From NCBI GenBank assembly GCA_934538895.1, contig CAKTCH010000001.1, positions 1-33,010 on the forward strand: 33,010 nt of DNA, in the 5' to 3' direction. The translations under genes were made by a program, and so were the position numbers. Shown here in pieces: positions 8,498-18,267 of the stretch (within the stretch, counting starts at the first letter, position 1; the number at the start of each line of letters is the position of its first letter). The DNA is from an uncultured Alphaproteobacteria bacterium (GTDB taxonomy: Bacteria; Pseudomonadota; Alphaproteobacteria; Micavibrionales; Micavibrionaceae). The notes below the pieces were generated by a model. The model made no database searches. It was not told where the DNA came from and was given only the letters and a program-made list of their open reading frames with translations.

Positions 8498-9962
8498 CGA
8501 CGACAATATCCTTGATGACGACAAGCTGAAAGAAGAGTGCGGCGTCTTCGCGATCTTCGGGCATGACGATGCCGCCGCCCTGACCGCCCTCGGGCTTCAT
8601 GCGCTTCAGCATCGCGGCCAGGAAGCTACCGGCATCGTCAGCCATGACGGTACCGATTTCTACGCCCACAGGGCGCTGGGGCTCGTCGACAAAGCCTTTG
8701 GCGAGGCCGAGACGATCAGTCGCCTGAAAGGGCATATGGCTATCGGCCATAACCGTTATGCCACCACGGGCGAAGGCAGCATACGCAACATCCAGCCGCT
8801 TTTCGCCGACCTGTCTTTCGGCGGCTTCGCTATCGCGCATAACGGCAATCTTACCAACGCGCATACGATCCGCATGGATCTGGTCGCGCGCGGGGCGTTG
8901 TTCCAGTCCACGACAGATACGGAAACGATTCTCCATCTGATGGCGGTTTCGCCGCGAAAGAGCGTCGAAGAGCGCATGATCGAAGCACTGAAAACCGTCG
9001 AGGGTGCTTATTCGCTGGTGGCGTGCGCCCGCGATCAGATAATCGGCGTGCGTGATCCGATGGGCTTCCGCCCGCTGGTGCTGGGGCGTCTGGGAACGGC
9101 GCACATACTCGCGTCCGAGACGTGCGCGCTGGATATTATCGGCGCCGATTTCGTGCGCGATATCGCGCACGGGGAAATGGTCGTCATCGATGGCAAGGGC
9201 ATCCGCAGCTCCCATCCGTTCGAGAAGCATGATTCCCGCTTCTGCGTTTTCGAATATATTTATTTCGCGCGGCCCGACAGCGCGCTGGAAGGGCGTTCAG
9301 TTTACGATGCGCGCAAGAAAATCGGCGCCGAACTGGCGCGCGAGGCGCCCGCCGCGGGGGCCGATGTCGTGGTGCCGGTCCCTGACAGCGGCGTACCGGC
9401 AGCCATCGGTTATGCCGAGGCCAGCGGCCTGCCGTTCGAACTGGGCATCATCCGCAATCATTACGTGGGCCGTACCTTTATCGAGCCGACCGACCAGATC
9501 CGTCATCTCGGCGTGAAGCTCAAGCATAATGCCAATCGCGCCTATATCGAGGGCAAGAGCGTCGTTCTCGTCGATGACTCCATCGTGCGCGGCACGACCT
9601 CGAAAAAGATCGTCGAGATGCTGCGCGCGGCGGGCGCGCGCGCGGTGCATATGCGCATCTCCAGCCCGCCGACGGCCCATAGCTGCTTTTACGGGATCGA
9701 TACGCCTTCCACGGAAGCGCTGCTGGCGCACCGCATGAGCGTCGAGGAAATCCGTGACTATATCGGCGTCGATTCGCTGGCTTATATTTCCATTCCCTCG
9801 CTCTATAAAGCGATGGGCAAAGAGGGGCGGGATGACAGGAATCCCGGTTTCTGTGATGCGTGTTTCACCGGGGATTACCCGGTGGCGCTGACCGATAATA
9901 CCTCTAATTGCGCGGGCGCGCGCGTCACGGATCTGCGCGAGCGCGCCTCCCGAAGAACTTAA
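8490..9962 (+). CDS. purF: Amidophosphoribosyltransferase
   Basis: It has the N-terminal nucleophile context EECGVFAIFGH, the PRTase motif VVLVDDSIVRGTTS and C-terminal Cys residues (CFYGIDTP...CDACFTGDYP). Confidence 0.95.
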   Translation: MSSDDNILDDDKLKEECGVFAIFGHDDAAALTALGLHALQHRGQEATGIVSHDGTDFYAHRALGLVDKAFGEAETISRLKGHMAIGHNRYATTGEGSIRNIQPLFADLSFGGFAIAHNGNLTNAHTIRMDLVARGALFQSTTDTETILHLMAVSPRKSVEERMIEALKTVEGAYSLVACARDQIIGVRDPMGFRPLVLGRLGTAHILASETCALDIIGADFVRDIAHGEMVVIDGKGIRSSHPFEKHDSRFCVFEYIYFARPDSALEGRSVYDARKKIGAELAREAPAAGADVVVPVPDSGVPAAIGYAEASGLPFELGIIRNHYVGRTFIEPTDQIRHLGVKLKHNANRAYIEGKSVVLVDDSIVRGTTSKKIVEMLRAAGARAVHMRISSPPTAHSCFYGIDTPSTEALLAHRMSVEEIRDYIGVDSLAYISIPSLYKAMGKEGRDDRNPGFCDACFTGDYPVALTDNTSNCAGARVTDLRERASRRT

Positions 9963-9972
9963 AGCAGCGAAC

Positions 9973-10710
9973 ATGGCAGATATAAGAAATATTGACCTGA
10001 GCGGGCGTGTCGCCCTTGTGACGGGTGCTTCGCGCGGTATTGGCGCGGCGGTGGCAAAAGCTTACGCGAAAGCGGGGGCGCATGTCATTTTGACCGCGCG
10101 TACCATGGGCGCGCTTGAGGAGGTGGATGATGCCATTCAGGCCGCGGGCGGTAAGGCTACGATTATGCCGCTCAATATGCTTGATCTCGATAAGGTCGAT
10201 GTCATGGGCCCGGCGATTGCCGAAAAATTTGGCCGTCTGGATATTGCCGTCGGGAATGCCGGGATGCTTGGCTCTCTCACCCCGCTGGGTCATGTCGATG
10301 CCAAGGAATGGCAACGCGTGATGGATTTGAACGTGAATGCGAATTTCCGTCTGATCCGTACGCTTGATCCGCTGCTGCGTGCGTCTGATGCAGGGCGCGT
10401 GATCATGGTATCCAGCTCGCTGGCGCATACGCCGCGCGCTTATTGGGGGGCTTATGCCGTGTCAAAAGCGGCGCTTGAATCTCTGGCGAAAGTTTATGCC
10501 GCTGAGACGGTGACGACGAATGTGCGCGTGAACTTGATTGATCCCGGTGCGACACGCACGGCGATGCGCGCGAAAGCCTATCCCGGTGAAGACCCGGCCA
10601 GGCCGAAAAATCCAGAAGATACGGTGCCTTTATTCCTGCAACTGGCAGCCGCATCGTGTAGTGCTCATGGCGGTGTTTACCGCGTTGATGAAACAGATGT
10701 TATTCATTAA
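9973..10710 (+). CDS. SDR-family oxidoreductase
   Basis: It has the Rossmann motif VTGASRGIGAAVA, the NAG motif (VGNAGM) and the catalytic YAVSKAA. Confidence 0.85.
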   Translation: MADIRNIDLSGRVALVTGASRGIGAAVAKAYAKAGAHVILTARTMGALEEVDDAIQAAGGKATIMPLNMLDLDKVDVMGPAIAEKFGRLDIAVGNAGMLGSLTPLGHVDAKEWQRVMDLNVNANFRLIRTLDPLLRASDAGRVIMVSSSLAHTPRAYWGAYAVSKAALESLAKVYAAETVTTNVRVNLIDPGATRTAMRAKAYPGEDPARPKNPEDTVPLFLQLAAASCSAHGGVYRVDETDVIH

Positions 10711-10778
10711 GTATCTGTTTATAAATTTAAATCTATAAAATCTTGTGTTTTGAGCATGTGGTATGTTAAAACAGGGTT

Positions 10779-11144
10779 ATGAGCGAAAAAAAATCTTCAT
10801 TCTCCCGTTTAGGAAGCCATTTCAAAATGGCTGCACGTGACGCGCGTGAAGGCGTCACGCTTCTGACCACGCGCTTTGCTACCTCTACCGAAAAGGGCTG
10901 GAGCGCTTTTGGGCATATGAATATGGTGACAGCGGTTTTGCGCGGTATTGAGTTTGCGGGTAAATCTGCGGCGCAGAATACGGGCGCAACCTGGGCGCTT
11001 TGCTCTTGCCTTATAGCGTTCAGTACTGCGGCGATAGCTTATAGCGTAGGCGGCCGCCGTGCCCGCGAAGGTCGTGAGCTTGTTGCTGAAGTCATGCGCG
11101 AGTATAACGAGAAAAACCCGCCCGCATCAACGCCTGCCCCTTAG
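10779..11144 (+). CDS. Hypothetical protein (121 aa)
   Basis: ATG-initiated ORF with one hydrophobic stretch (WALCSCLIAFSTAAIAYSV). No family recognised. Confidence 0.5.
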   Translation: MSEKKSSFSRLGSHFKMAARDAREGVTLLTTRFATSTEKGWSAFGHMNMVTAVLRGIEFAGKSAAQNTGATWALCSCLIAFSTAAIAYSVGGRRAREGRELVAEVMREYNEKNPPASTPAP

Positions 11145-11168
11145 AATTTTTCGCACTATCGGGTGTTG

Positions 11169-12029
11169 CTAGGCTCTGGTTTCCTGACGTTTTTTCTCGA
11201 TGTCTTTCATATTGACTTGCGTTTGCACTGGATACGGGATGTTGATCCCGGCTTGATCGAGTGCTTCCTTGACCGCTTTGGTCATGTCCCAGCGCAGTGC
11301 CCAATAATCTTTATTATTCGACCAAAAACGAATGATCAGATTGATTGAGAAATCAGCCATTTTATCAGCCACGACTTGCGGCCTCTTGTCTTCTGTCTTG
11401 AGGATGCGCGGGTCGCGGTCTAAAACATCTTGAATGACGCCAAAGGCCTTGGCGATGTCATCGTCATAGGAAATGCCGACCAGAATATCCTGACGGCGTT
11501 GCAGGTTGCGGCTGTAGTTGGCGATATTATTGCCCCAGATCTGCCCATTGGGCACGAAGATGTAAACATTGTCGGCGGCGGCCAGTTCAGTGCCGAACAG
11601 GCCCAGTGATTTCACCGTGCCGCCGATGCCGTTATTCACCGTGATGTAATCGCCCAGCTTGAACGGGCGCAGGATCAGCAGCATCACGCCCGCCGCGACA
11701 TTACTGAGGGTGCCTTGGAGCGCGAGGCCGATGGCCAGACCTGCCGCGCCCATCACGGCCAGCAGGCTGGCGGTCTGTACGCCGAACTCGCTCAGCATCA
11801 TTACCAGCGCCACGCCCATGACCGAGTAGCGGGCGAGGCCGGAGAGAAAATCCGCCAGCGTGGCGTCGAGACGTTTGATCTTGCGAATGCGGCTGCTGAT
11901 CCAGCGGCCGATGATCCAGCCCGCGGCCAGAATGAGAATGGCGAAGATCAGATCCATGCCCAGCGCGACAAAGGCGTCAATATGTTTTTCGAGAAACAGC
12001 ATTTCCTTGTCGATGTCGGTCTTATCCAT
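11169..12029 (-). CDS. Small-conductance mechanosensitive channel (MscS family)
   Basis: 286 aa. TM helices are followed by the MscS pore/beta-domain pattern GAAGLAIGLALQGTLSNVAAGVMLLILRPFKLGDYI. Confidence 0.9.
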   Translation of the reverse strand: MDKTDIDKEMLFLEKHIDAFVALGMDLIFAILILAAGWIIGRWISSRIRKIKRLDATLADFLSGLARYSVMGVALVMMLSEFGVQTASLLAVMGAAGLAIGLALQGTLSNVAAGVMLLILRPFKLGDYITVNNGIGGTVKSLGLFGTELAAADNVYIFVPNGQIWGNNIANYSRNLQRRQDILVGISYDDDIAKAFGVIQDVLDRDPRILKTEDKRPQVVADKMADFSINLIIRFWSNNKDYWALRWDMTKAVKEALDQAGINIPYPVQTQVNMKDIEKKRQETRA

Positions 12030-12041
12030 GATCTTCCTTCA

Positions 12042-13475
12042 CTAGCCTTTCACGTACGGATTCTTGCTGGTGCGCATCAGCAGGCGGATGGGCACGCCCG
12101 GCATTCCGAAGTCGCGGCGCAGCCCGTTGATGAGATAACGCTTGTAACTATCGGGGAGTTCATGCGGGTAGGAAACCCACAACGCGAATGTCGGCGGGCG
12201 GCCCTTGATCTGTGTGATATAGCGCAGGCGGTTGGTGCGGCCCCCCACCAGCGGCGGCGGGTTCTGGCTTTCCATGCTTGCGATCCAGCGGTTCATGGCG
12301 GCGGTTTTTACACGCTTGTTCCAGATTTCATGTGTTTCCAGCACGACGTCCAGCACGCGCTGCACGTTCGCGCCGCGCACGGCGGAGAGCGTGACGAACG
12401 GCACGTCCGGCACCTGCCCGAGATCGTGGACGATCTCTTCGCGGAAGGTCTTTAGATATTTTTCCTTATCCGCGATCAGGTCCCACTTGTTGAGCGCCAG
12501 CACCAGTGCGCGGCCTTCGCGCAGCACGAGGTCGGCAATGGTCTGATCCTGTTTCTCCATGCCGAGATCGGCGTCCAGCACCAGCACGACAACCTGCGCG
12601 AGGCGAATGGCGCGCAGGGAATCGTCCACCGACATCTTTTCGATATGGTTCGTGATACTCGCTTTCCTGCGCATCCCGGCGGTATCGACCAGACGCACGG
12701 GGACGCCTTTATGCTCCCACTGCACGGTGATGGCGTCGCGGGTGATACCCGCTTCCGGGCCGGTCATGGAACGCTGTTCACCGACCAGCGCGTTCAACAA
12801 GGTGGATTTGCCAGCATTGGGGCGACCGACGATGGCGATCTTGATCGATTTGATCTCGTCGGGATTTTCAGGGGGCAACAGCGCGGTAAAATCGAAATCT
12901 TCCATGCCTTCGATTTCATCGAGTGCCGCGTCGGTCAGGGTGACTTCGCGCTCGGGGGCTTCTTCCTCGATTTCTTCTTCCTCGGGGAAGTGCGCTTGCA
13001 GGGCGTAGTAAAGGTTATCGAGGCCCTCGTTATGCTCGGCGGACAGGGGCACCGGATCGCCAAAGCCCAGCGCGTAGGCTTCGCCCAGCCCGCTGATAGT
13101 GGCGCGTTCGTTCTCGCATTTGTTCGCGCCGAGGATGATGGGTTTTTTCTGGCGGCGCAGCCATTGGGCGAAATGTTCGTCCATCGGCGTCACGCCCTCG
13201 CGGCCATCGATCAGGAACAGGATCGCGTCGGCCTGTTTCAGCGCGGCTTCGGTTTGCTGGCGCATCCGGGCGGGAATGCTGTCGTCGAAGCTTTCCTCCA
13301 GGCCCGCGGTATCGATAATGCGCAGGCGGCGGTCGAACAGTTGCGCCTCGGCGTCGCGCCAGTCACGCGTGACGCCGGGCATGTCGTCGACGATGGCGAG
13401 CTTCTTGCCGGCCAGACGGTTGAACAGCGTCGATTTGCCGACATTCGGGCGGCCTACGATGGCAAGCGTGAACAT
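12042..13475 (-). CDS. der: Ribosome-biogenesis GTPase Der (EngA)
   Basis: It has two tandem G domains (GRPNVGKSTLFN and GRPNAGKSTLLN, each with DTAG and NKxD) plus a KH-like C-terminus. Confidence 0.95.
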   Translation of the reverse strand: MFTLAIVGRPNVGKSTLFNRLAGKKLAIVDDMPGVTRDWRDAEAQLFDRRLRIIDTAGLEESFDDSIPARMRQQTEAALKQADAILFLIDGREGVTPMDEHFAQWLRRQKKPIILGANKCENERATISGLGEAYALGFGDPVPLSAEHNEGLDNLYYALQAHFPEEEEIEEEAPEREVTLTDAALDEIEGMEDFDFTALLPPENPDEIKSIKIAIVGRPNAGKSTLLNALVGEQRSMTGPEAGITRDAITVQWEHKGVPVRLVDTAGMRRKASITNHIEKMSVDDSLRAIRLAQVVVLVLDADLGMEKQDQTIADLVLREGRALVLALNKWDLIADKEKYLKTFREEIVHDLGQVPDVPFVTLSAVRGANVQRVLDVVLETHEIWNKRVKTAAMNRWIASMESQNPPPLVGGRTNRLRYITQIKGRPPTFALWVSYPHELPDSYKRYLINGLRRDFGMPGVPIRLLMRTSKNPYVKG

Positions 13476-13486
13476 GTGATTCCTTA

Positions 13487-14809
13487 TTATTTATAGGCTA
13501 CGAGCGTGCCGTTATCACCCAGCAGGTAAAGCATATCGCCCGCGACGACCGGGCTTATGCTGACGGACAGGCCCGAACCCCAACTGCGGATGACGTCGCC
13601 GGTTTCCGGGTTGACTTCCAGCACGCCGCCGTCGCTACCCGCGACGATCAGGCGGTTGCCGGCCAGCACGGGGCCGCTCCAGTAGATCGGGCCTGTGCGT
13701 TTTTCCGGGTTCCGGAATTTCGGCAGCGGACGCACCCAGCGGATCAGGCCGTTATCGCGGCCCATGCCGACAAGCTCGCTGTCGTTGGTGACGACGAAAA
13801 TATAATTACCCGCGATCCACGGCATTTCGGCGCCGCCGATATCGCGTTGCCAGATACGGTTGCCGGTGCGTTCATCAAGCGCGACCATGCGGTTGCCGAA
13901 GCTGACGGCGACCACAACCCCCTTATCGATCACGGGCAGGGCGCGGATGTCGGAGATGCCGCTCAGGCCGCTGGCGGCGCGAATGCCGGCAAGGTTGTCG
14001 CCCCAGGCGGCGGAACCGTTTTCAACGCGCAGGGCAAAGATTTCACCCGAAGAAAATACCGGCAGTACGATATCGCGGCTGGCGGCGGGGCTGGCGGAGC
14101 CGACCAGACCGGCGCCGCCGCTGATTCCGGCATAATCCCACAGCAGGGAACCGTCCGCCGCATTCAGGGCCAGTATCTTGTTATCCAGCGTGGTGACAAA
14201 AACGCGGTCGTCGGAAATGGTTGGCGCGGCCCGCGAAGCGGAGGGCAGCTTGCGGCGCCATACGATCTTGCCGTCCTGCGGGTTCAGCAGCAGAATCTCG
14301 TTATAGCCGTTGGTGACGTAAAGCTGGCCCCGGGAATAGGCGACGCCGCCGGTGATGACTTCGTCTTCCTCGCGTTCGCTGCCGACATAGCGTGTCCAGA
14401 CGCGGTTGCCGGTTTTCACGTCGAAGGCCGCCAGTTCGTTTTCCGTGTCGAGCGTGAAGACGCGGCCATCCACCACGATCGGCTGAGTAATCAGCGGCAG
14501 GTTTTTCTGCGTGCCCTTGCCGATGCTGGCGCTCCAGACTTTCGTCAGCGGGCCTTCGTTCAGGCTTAGATGCTGCATGGTATGGTTGGGGTAGCCGCCG
14601 GCCTGTGGCCAGAATTCGTTCTTCCATGCGTTGGGGGTAACGAATCCCTGCGCGGAAAGTGCGGCATCGTCCGGTTCCAGCCTGCGCTGCAATTCCAGGA
14701 TCGAAATGCGCTCGCCGGGCAGCGGCGCTTTATCGTCGTCGCCGGAACAGGCTGTAAGGGCGAACGGCACCAGTATACAGGCGGAGAGAATCAGGCGGCG
14801 GATTTTCAT
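13487..14809 (-). CDS. bamB: PQQ-repeat beta-propeller lipoprotein, BamB-like
   Basis: It has a signal peptide with lipobox (FALTAC) and repeated W/G-rich propeller blades. It sits between a YfgM-like gene and der, as bamB does in many proteobacteria. Confidence 0.8.
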   Translation of the reverse strand: MKIRRLILSACILVPFALTACSGDDDKAPLPGERISILELQRRLEPDDAALSAQGFVTPNAWKNEFWPQAGGYPNHTMQHLSLNEGPLTKVWSASIGKGTQKNLPLITQPIVVDGRVFTLDTENELAAFDVKTGNRVWTRYVGSEREEDEVITGGVAYSRGQLYVTNGYNEILLLNPQDGKIVWRRKLPSASRAAPTISDDRVFVTTLDNKILALNAADGSLLWDYAGISGGAGLVGSASPAASRDIVLPVFSSGEIFALRVENGSAAWGDNLAGIRAASGLSGISDIRALPVIDKGVVVAVSFGNRMVALDERTGNRIWQRDIGGAEMPWIAGNYIFVVTNDSELVGMGRDNGLIRWVRPLPKFRNPEKRTGPIYWSGPVLAGNRLIVAGSDGGVLEVNPETGDVIRSWGSGLSVSISPVVAGDMLYLLGDNGTLVAYK

Positions 14810-14815
14810 CGTAAC

Positions 14816-15523
14816 TTAGCCTTCTGCGTCGGGGGTTTGCGGCATGGCCGCATCTGCGGCGCTGATTTTCTGGCTGAATACCTGATCCAGAGCGCGGGCG
14901 CGCGTCACGACCGAGGGCGGCAGTCCGGCGGCGTCGGCCAGAACCGAGGCCAGCTGCGCGCGGGCCGCGGCATAATCATTTTTCAGGTGGGCGTTTATCA
15001 GGGCGGCCTCGATCAGGGCCTGGCTGCGCCACGGGTTCTTTTTGCCGTTCAGCAGCGGTTGCAATTGTGCGAGCAGGCTGTCGGCGTCCGCGCCCTTCGC
15101 ATCGCCCGAGAGCGTCAGGCGCACAGCCATCAGCGTCGCGAGATCGCGGTAAATCGCGGGCAGCGCCTTGTCCGCGGCTATGCTGGTGTAAAGCGCTTTG
15201 GCTTCCGCCGTTTTGTCCTGCGATACCAGAACGCCGGCGGCGGTCATCCGGGCGATGGCGCGCGGGCCTGCGCGCAGTTCCGGGGCGACTTTCTCCAGCG
15301 CGGTCGCCTGGTCCTGCTGGGTCAGGGCCTGCATCAGCAGAGCGGTATTTTCGGCATTGGCGCGCGCTTCCCAGTGGCGGTAACCGCTGATGATCCCTGT
15401 AAACAGGACGGCCAGCAGCGCGCCCGCCAGAATATAGGGGCCGTATTCCCTGAAAATCTTCTCGGTTTTTTCGCGCTTGAGAGCTTCTTCGATCTCAAGG
15501 ATCAGGTTCTGGTCAGAGGCCAT
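14816..15523 (-). CDS. YfgM-like membrane-anchored TPR-like protein
   Basis: 235 aa with one N-terminal TM helix (YILAGALLAVLFTGIISGY) followed by an Ala-rich helical region. It lies upstream of bamB-der. The function is inferred from architecture and position. Confidence 0.6.
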   Translation of the reverse strand: MASDQNLILEIEEALKREKTEKIFREYGPYILAGALLAVLFTGIISGYRHWEARANAENTALLMQALTQQDQATALEKVAPELRAGPRAIARMTAAGVLVSQDKTAEAKALYTSIAADKALPAIYRDLATLMAVRLTLSGDAKGADADSLLAQLQPLLNGKKNPWRSQALIEAALINAHLKNDYAAARAQLASVLADAAGLPPSVVTRARALDQVFSQKISAADAAMPQTPDAEG

Positions 15524-16572
15524 TTTCCGTTCTTTCTTACATGCTTATGGAATAATGCTGAATATGGCGGCTATCATAGCCAAAACCATTGTTGAAACAA
15601 GCTTTAAGCCCCGAAGTGCGGCGATTTTCAGGCGGATATTTTGAAAGTTTCATGATGGGGATGGTTTATTCATAATCCGGATACGTGCGGTTATGGGGCA
15701 GGGAGCTGTGTTTTGTAAAAAGCCGGGACGATTGCGGCTGTGGCCATAAATTCAGGGGCCGGAAAAATAAGAATATTGAATCAAAAGATCGTGTAACGGA
15801 TTTGAAATTATTCAGGAATTTTTGGGATTAAATGGAAACGGACGGTATCGTTTCCATCATGCCGGGCGCGAGCGGGAGGAGGGCCGCTATGGTCGCAGGC
15901 GGCAGGTCTTTTATTTTACCGATAATCATGGCGCAAAGTGGTGGCTTGGAAATATGCCAGAATCCTGAAAAATATTCCAATACGATACCGTCAGGAATCT
16001 GTAGTTGAGCGCGAAAACCTTAATATTGAGGGATACGCTTTATTTGCAGGGAAGCCCTAAATTAAATTTTTCAGCCACGTTAGTGCCTCGCCCTCACTAT
16101 CAAATTCATGAACGACATATCCTCTCGACTCGGGATAAAGCTGCTCATGTACATGAAATTTTCCGCTTGCCTTGCCGTAGCCGATATATGCGCAATCAAT
16201 CGCTCTCGTCACGGTTCCAACCCCTAAAGAAAAGTCGCCAAAGACAATTCTCTGGCGACCGGGTGTTCAAAACCGTCATATTCGTAACGGCGCAGCAGCC
16301 TTTACGCCGAAGCGCTGGACATACGCCACCGCCACCCGGTCAAGAACCGAGAAGCGGCATCGTGCGATGCTATTCTTTTGGGAACGGCATCATGCTAACG
16401 GTTGATGCCAACCGCGAATATGTGGGTTTTGAAGCCCAGTCTTTTCAGATAAACGGGACATTATAAATAATATGAAGGCTGGTCAATATTTTAGATAAAA
16501 CATTGTGATCGTTAACGTCCATACCGCCCTGTCGTGCGATGGCATCCGACTTTGTTCCCGGAACAGTATTTT

Positions 16573-16941
16573 ATGTTATACTGGGGCATGGTTTTTCAGG
16601 TCATCGACAATCCTGATTTCAATAAATTCCGCGCCCGTTCCGGGTTCAGGAATGCCGAATTCCGGCTTCTGGCGGGTTTGTTCAGCCGGGCGGGTTCGGC
16701 CAAGGCTTTGCTGGATATGGCGGTGGACGTCGATTTCGACGAGGGGACCTGCACCGTCAGCTATTTCATTACCCGGTATGAGCCTTATCTGACTTTCGTC
16801 GTGCGCCATGTGGGGCCGCGGGCCAGCATGTACGAGGTTTATAAAACCGGGAAGGGGCAACTGGTTAAAAGCGGCCTGTTCATGCGCGCCTATGAGCGGC
16901 TGGAAGCGGAAATCGCGGCCCTGATGCCGCCTGCCCTGTAA
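16573..16941 (+). CDS. Hypothetical protein (about 120 aa)
   Basis: The ORF 16534-16941 has normal-looking composition (…VIDNPDFNKFRARSGFRNAEFRLLAGLF…YEVYKTGKGQLVKSGLFMRAYERLEAEIAAL). The start is ambiguous between GTG 16534, ATG 16573 and ATG 16588. No family recognised. Confidence 0.55.
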   Translation: MLYWGMVFQVIDNPDFNKFRARSGFRNAEFRLLAGLFSRAGSAKALLDMAVDVDFDEGTCTVSYFITRYEPYLTFVVRHVGPRASMYEVYKTGKGQLVKSGLFMRAYERLEAEIAALMPPAL

Positions 16942-17040
16942 TCCGGTTTTTAGCCATACAATTTCCCCATTCGCGCTTTATATTTCCCCCGTCCTTCATT
17001 AGGATAAGCGCCAGTTAAAAACAGCTTCCGGGAGAGTCTT

Positions 17041-18264
17041 ATGACTAAAATCAAGGTTGATAATCCGATCGTTGAAATCGATGGCGATGAAATGACGCGC
17101 ATTATCTGGGCGATGATCAAGGAACGCCTGATCCTGCCGCACCTGGATATCGATCTTAAGTATTTCGACCTCTCCATCGAAAACCGCGACGCCACCGCCG
17201 ATCAGGTGACTGTGGATGCCGCCCATGCGATCAAGCAATATGGCGTCGGCGTCAAATGCGCCACCATTACGCCGGATGAAAAACGCGTCGAGGAATTCAA
17301 GCTGAAAAAGATGTGGAAGTCGCCGAACGGCACCATCCGCAATATTCTCGACGGCACGGTGTTCCGCGAGCCGATTATCTGCAAGAACGTGCCGCGTTAC
17401 GTGCCGGGCTGGACGTCGCCGATCGTGATCGGTCGTCATGCTTTTGGCGACCAGTACAAGGCCACCGACATCAAGGTGCCCGGCCCCGGCAAGCTGACGC
17501 TCAGTTACCAGCCTGCCGACGGCGGCGCGGCGCAAACGTTCGAAGTGTTCGACTTCAAAGGTCCTGGCGTGGCAATGGGCATGTATAACGTCGACGAGTC
17601 TATCGAAGGATTCGCGCGCGCCTGTTTCAACTATGCGCTGGCGCGCAATTATCCGCTTTACATGTCGACCAAGAACACCATCCTCAAACAGTATGACGGC
17701 AAGTTCATCGAGATATTCCAGCGCGTTTACGATGAGTCTTTCAAGACCGCCTTCGAGGCGCGCAAGCTGTGGTACGAGCATCGCCTGATCGACGACATGG
17801 TGGCGTTCGCGATCAAGTCTGCGGGCGCGTTCGTCTGGGCCTGCAAGAATTATGACGGCGACGTGCAGTCCGACGTGGTGGCGCAGGGTTTCGGTTCTCT
17901 CGGCCTGATGACTTCGGTGCTGCTGACCCCGGACGGCAAATGCGTGGAAGCGGAAGCGGCGCACGGCACGGTGACGCGCCATTACCGCCAGTGGCAGAGA
18001 GGCGAGAAGACCTCGACCAACCCGATCGCCTCCATCTTCGCCTGGACGCGCGGCTTGCAGTATCGCGGCCAGTTTGATAAGAACCAGCGCGTTATCGATT
18101 TCGCGCAGGATCTGGAGGCGGCCTGTGTCGAAACCGTTGAAAACGGCCATATGACCAAGGATCTGGCCCTGCTGGTCGGCGAAAAGCAGGCATGGCTCAC
18201 GACCGAGGATTTCATGGATAAAGTAGCCCTGCAACTCGAAACGAAAATGAAGAAGGCGGCTTGA
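17041..18264 (+). CDS. icd: NADP-dependent isocitrate dehydrogenase (about 405-aa dimeric type)
   Basis: The N-terminus [23 protein letters not shown], the stretch [23 protein letters not shown] and DGDVQSD are hallmark IDH motifs. Confidence 0.95.
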   Translation: MTKIKVDNPIVEIDGDEMTRIIWAMIKERLILPHLDIDLKYFDLSIENRDATADQVTVDAAHAIKQYGVGVKCATITPDEKRVEEFKLKKMWKSPNGTIRNILDGTVFREPIICKNVPRYVPGWTSPIVIGRHAFGDQYKATDIKVPGPGKLTLSYQPADGGAAQTFEVFDFKGPGVAMGMYNVDESIEGFARACFNYALARNYPLYMSTKNTILKQYDGKFIEIFQRVYDESFKTAFEARKLWYEHRLIDDMVAFAIKSAGAFVWACKNYDGDVQSDVVAQGFGSLGLMTSVLLTPDGKCVEAEAAHGTVTRHYRQWQRGEKTSTNPIASIFAWTRGLQYRGQFDKNQRVIDFAQDLEAACVETVENGHMTKDLALLVGEKQAWLTTEDFMDKVALQLETKMKKAA

Positions 18265-18267
18265 ACG

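Noticed and set aside
15832-16008. 58-codon ATG ORF (METDGIVSIMPGASGRR...) in the same gap
   Set aside because: No convincing Shine-Dalgarno and an unremarkable composition. Its first codons form the 9-bp inverted repeat, which suggests structure rather than coding. Nothing supports it beyond being open.
16005-16466. 153-codon + strand ORF in the 15.5-16.6 kb gap
   Set aside because: It has a TTG start and no RBS. Its composition is implausible (R/S/Q/P-rich, e.g. ...RSRYMRNQSLSSRFQPLKKSRQRQFSGDR...). It more likely overlaps a decayed minus-strand gene.
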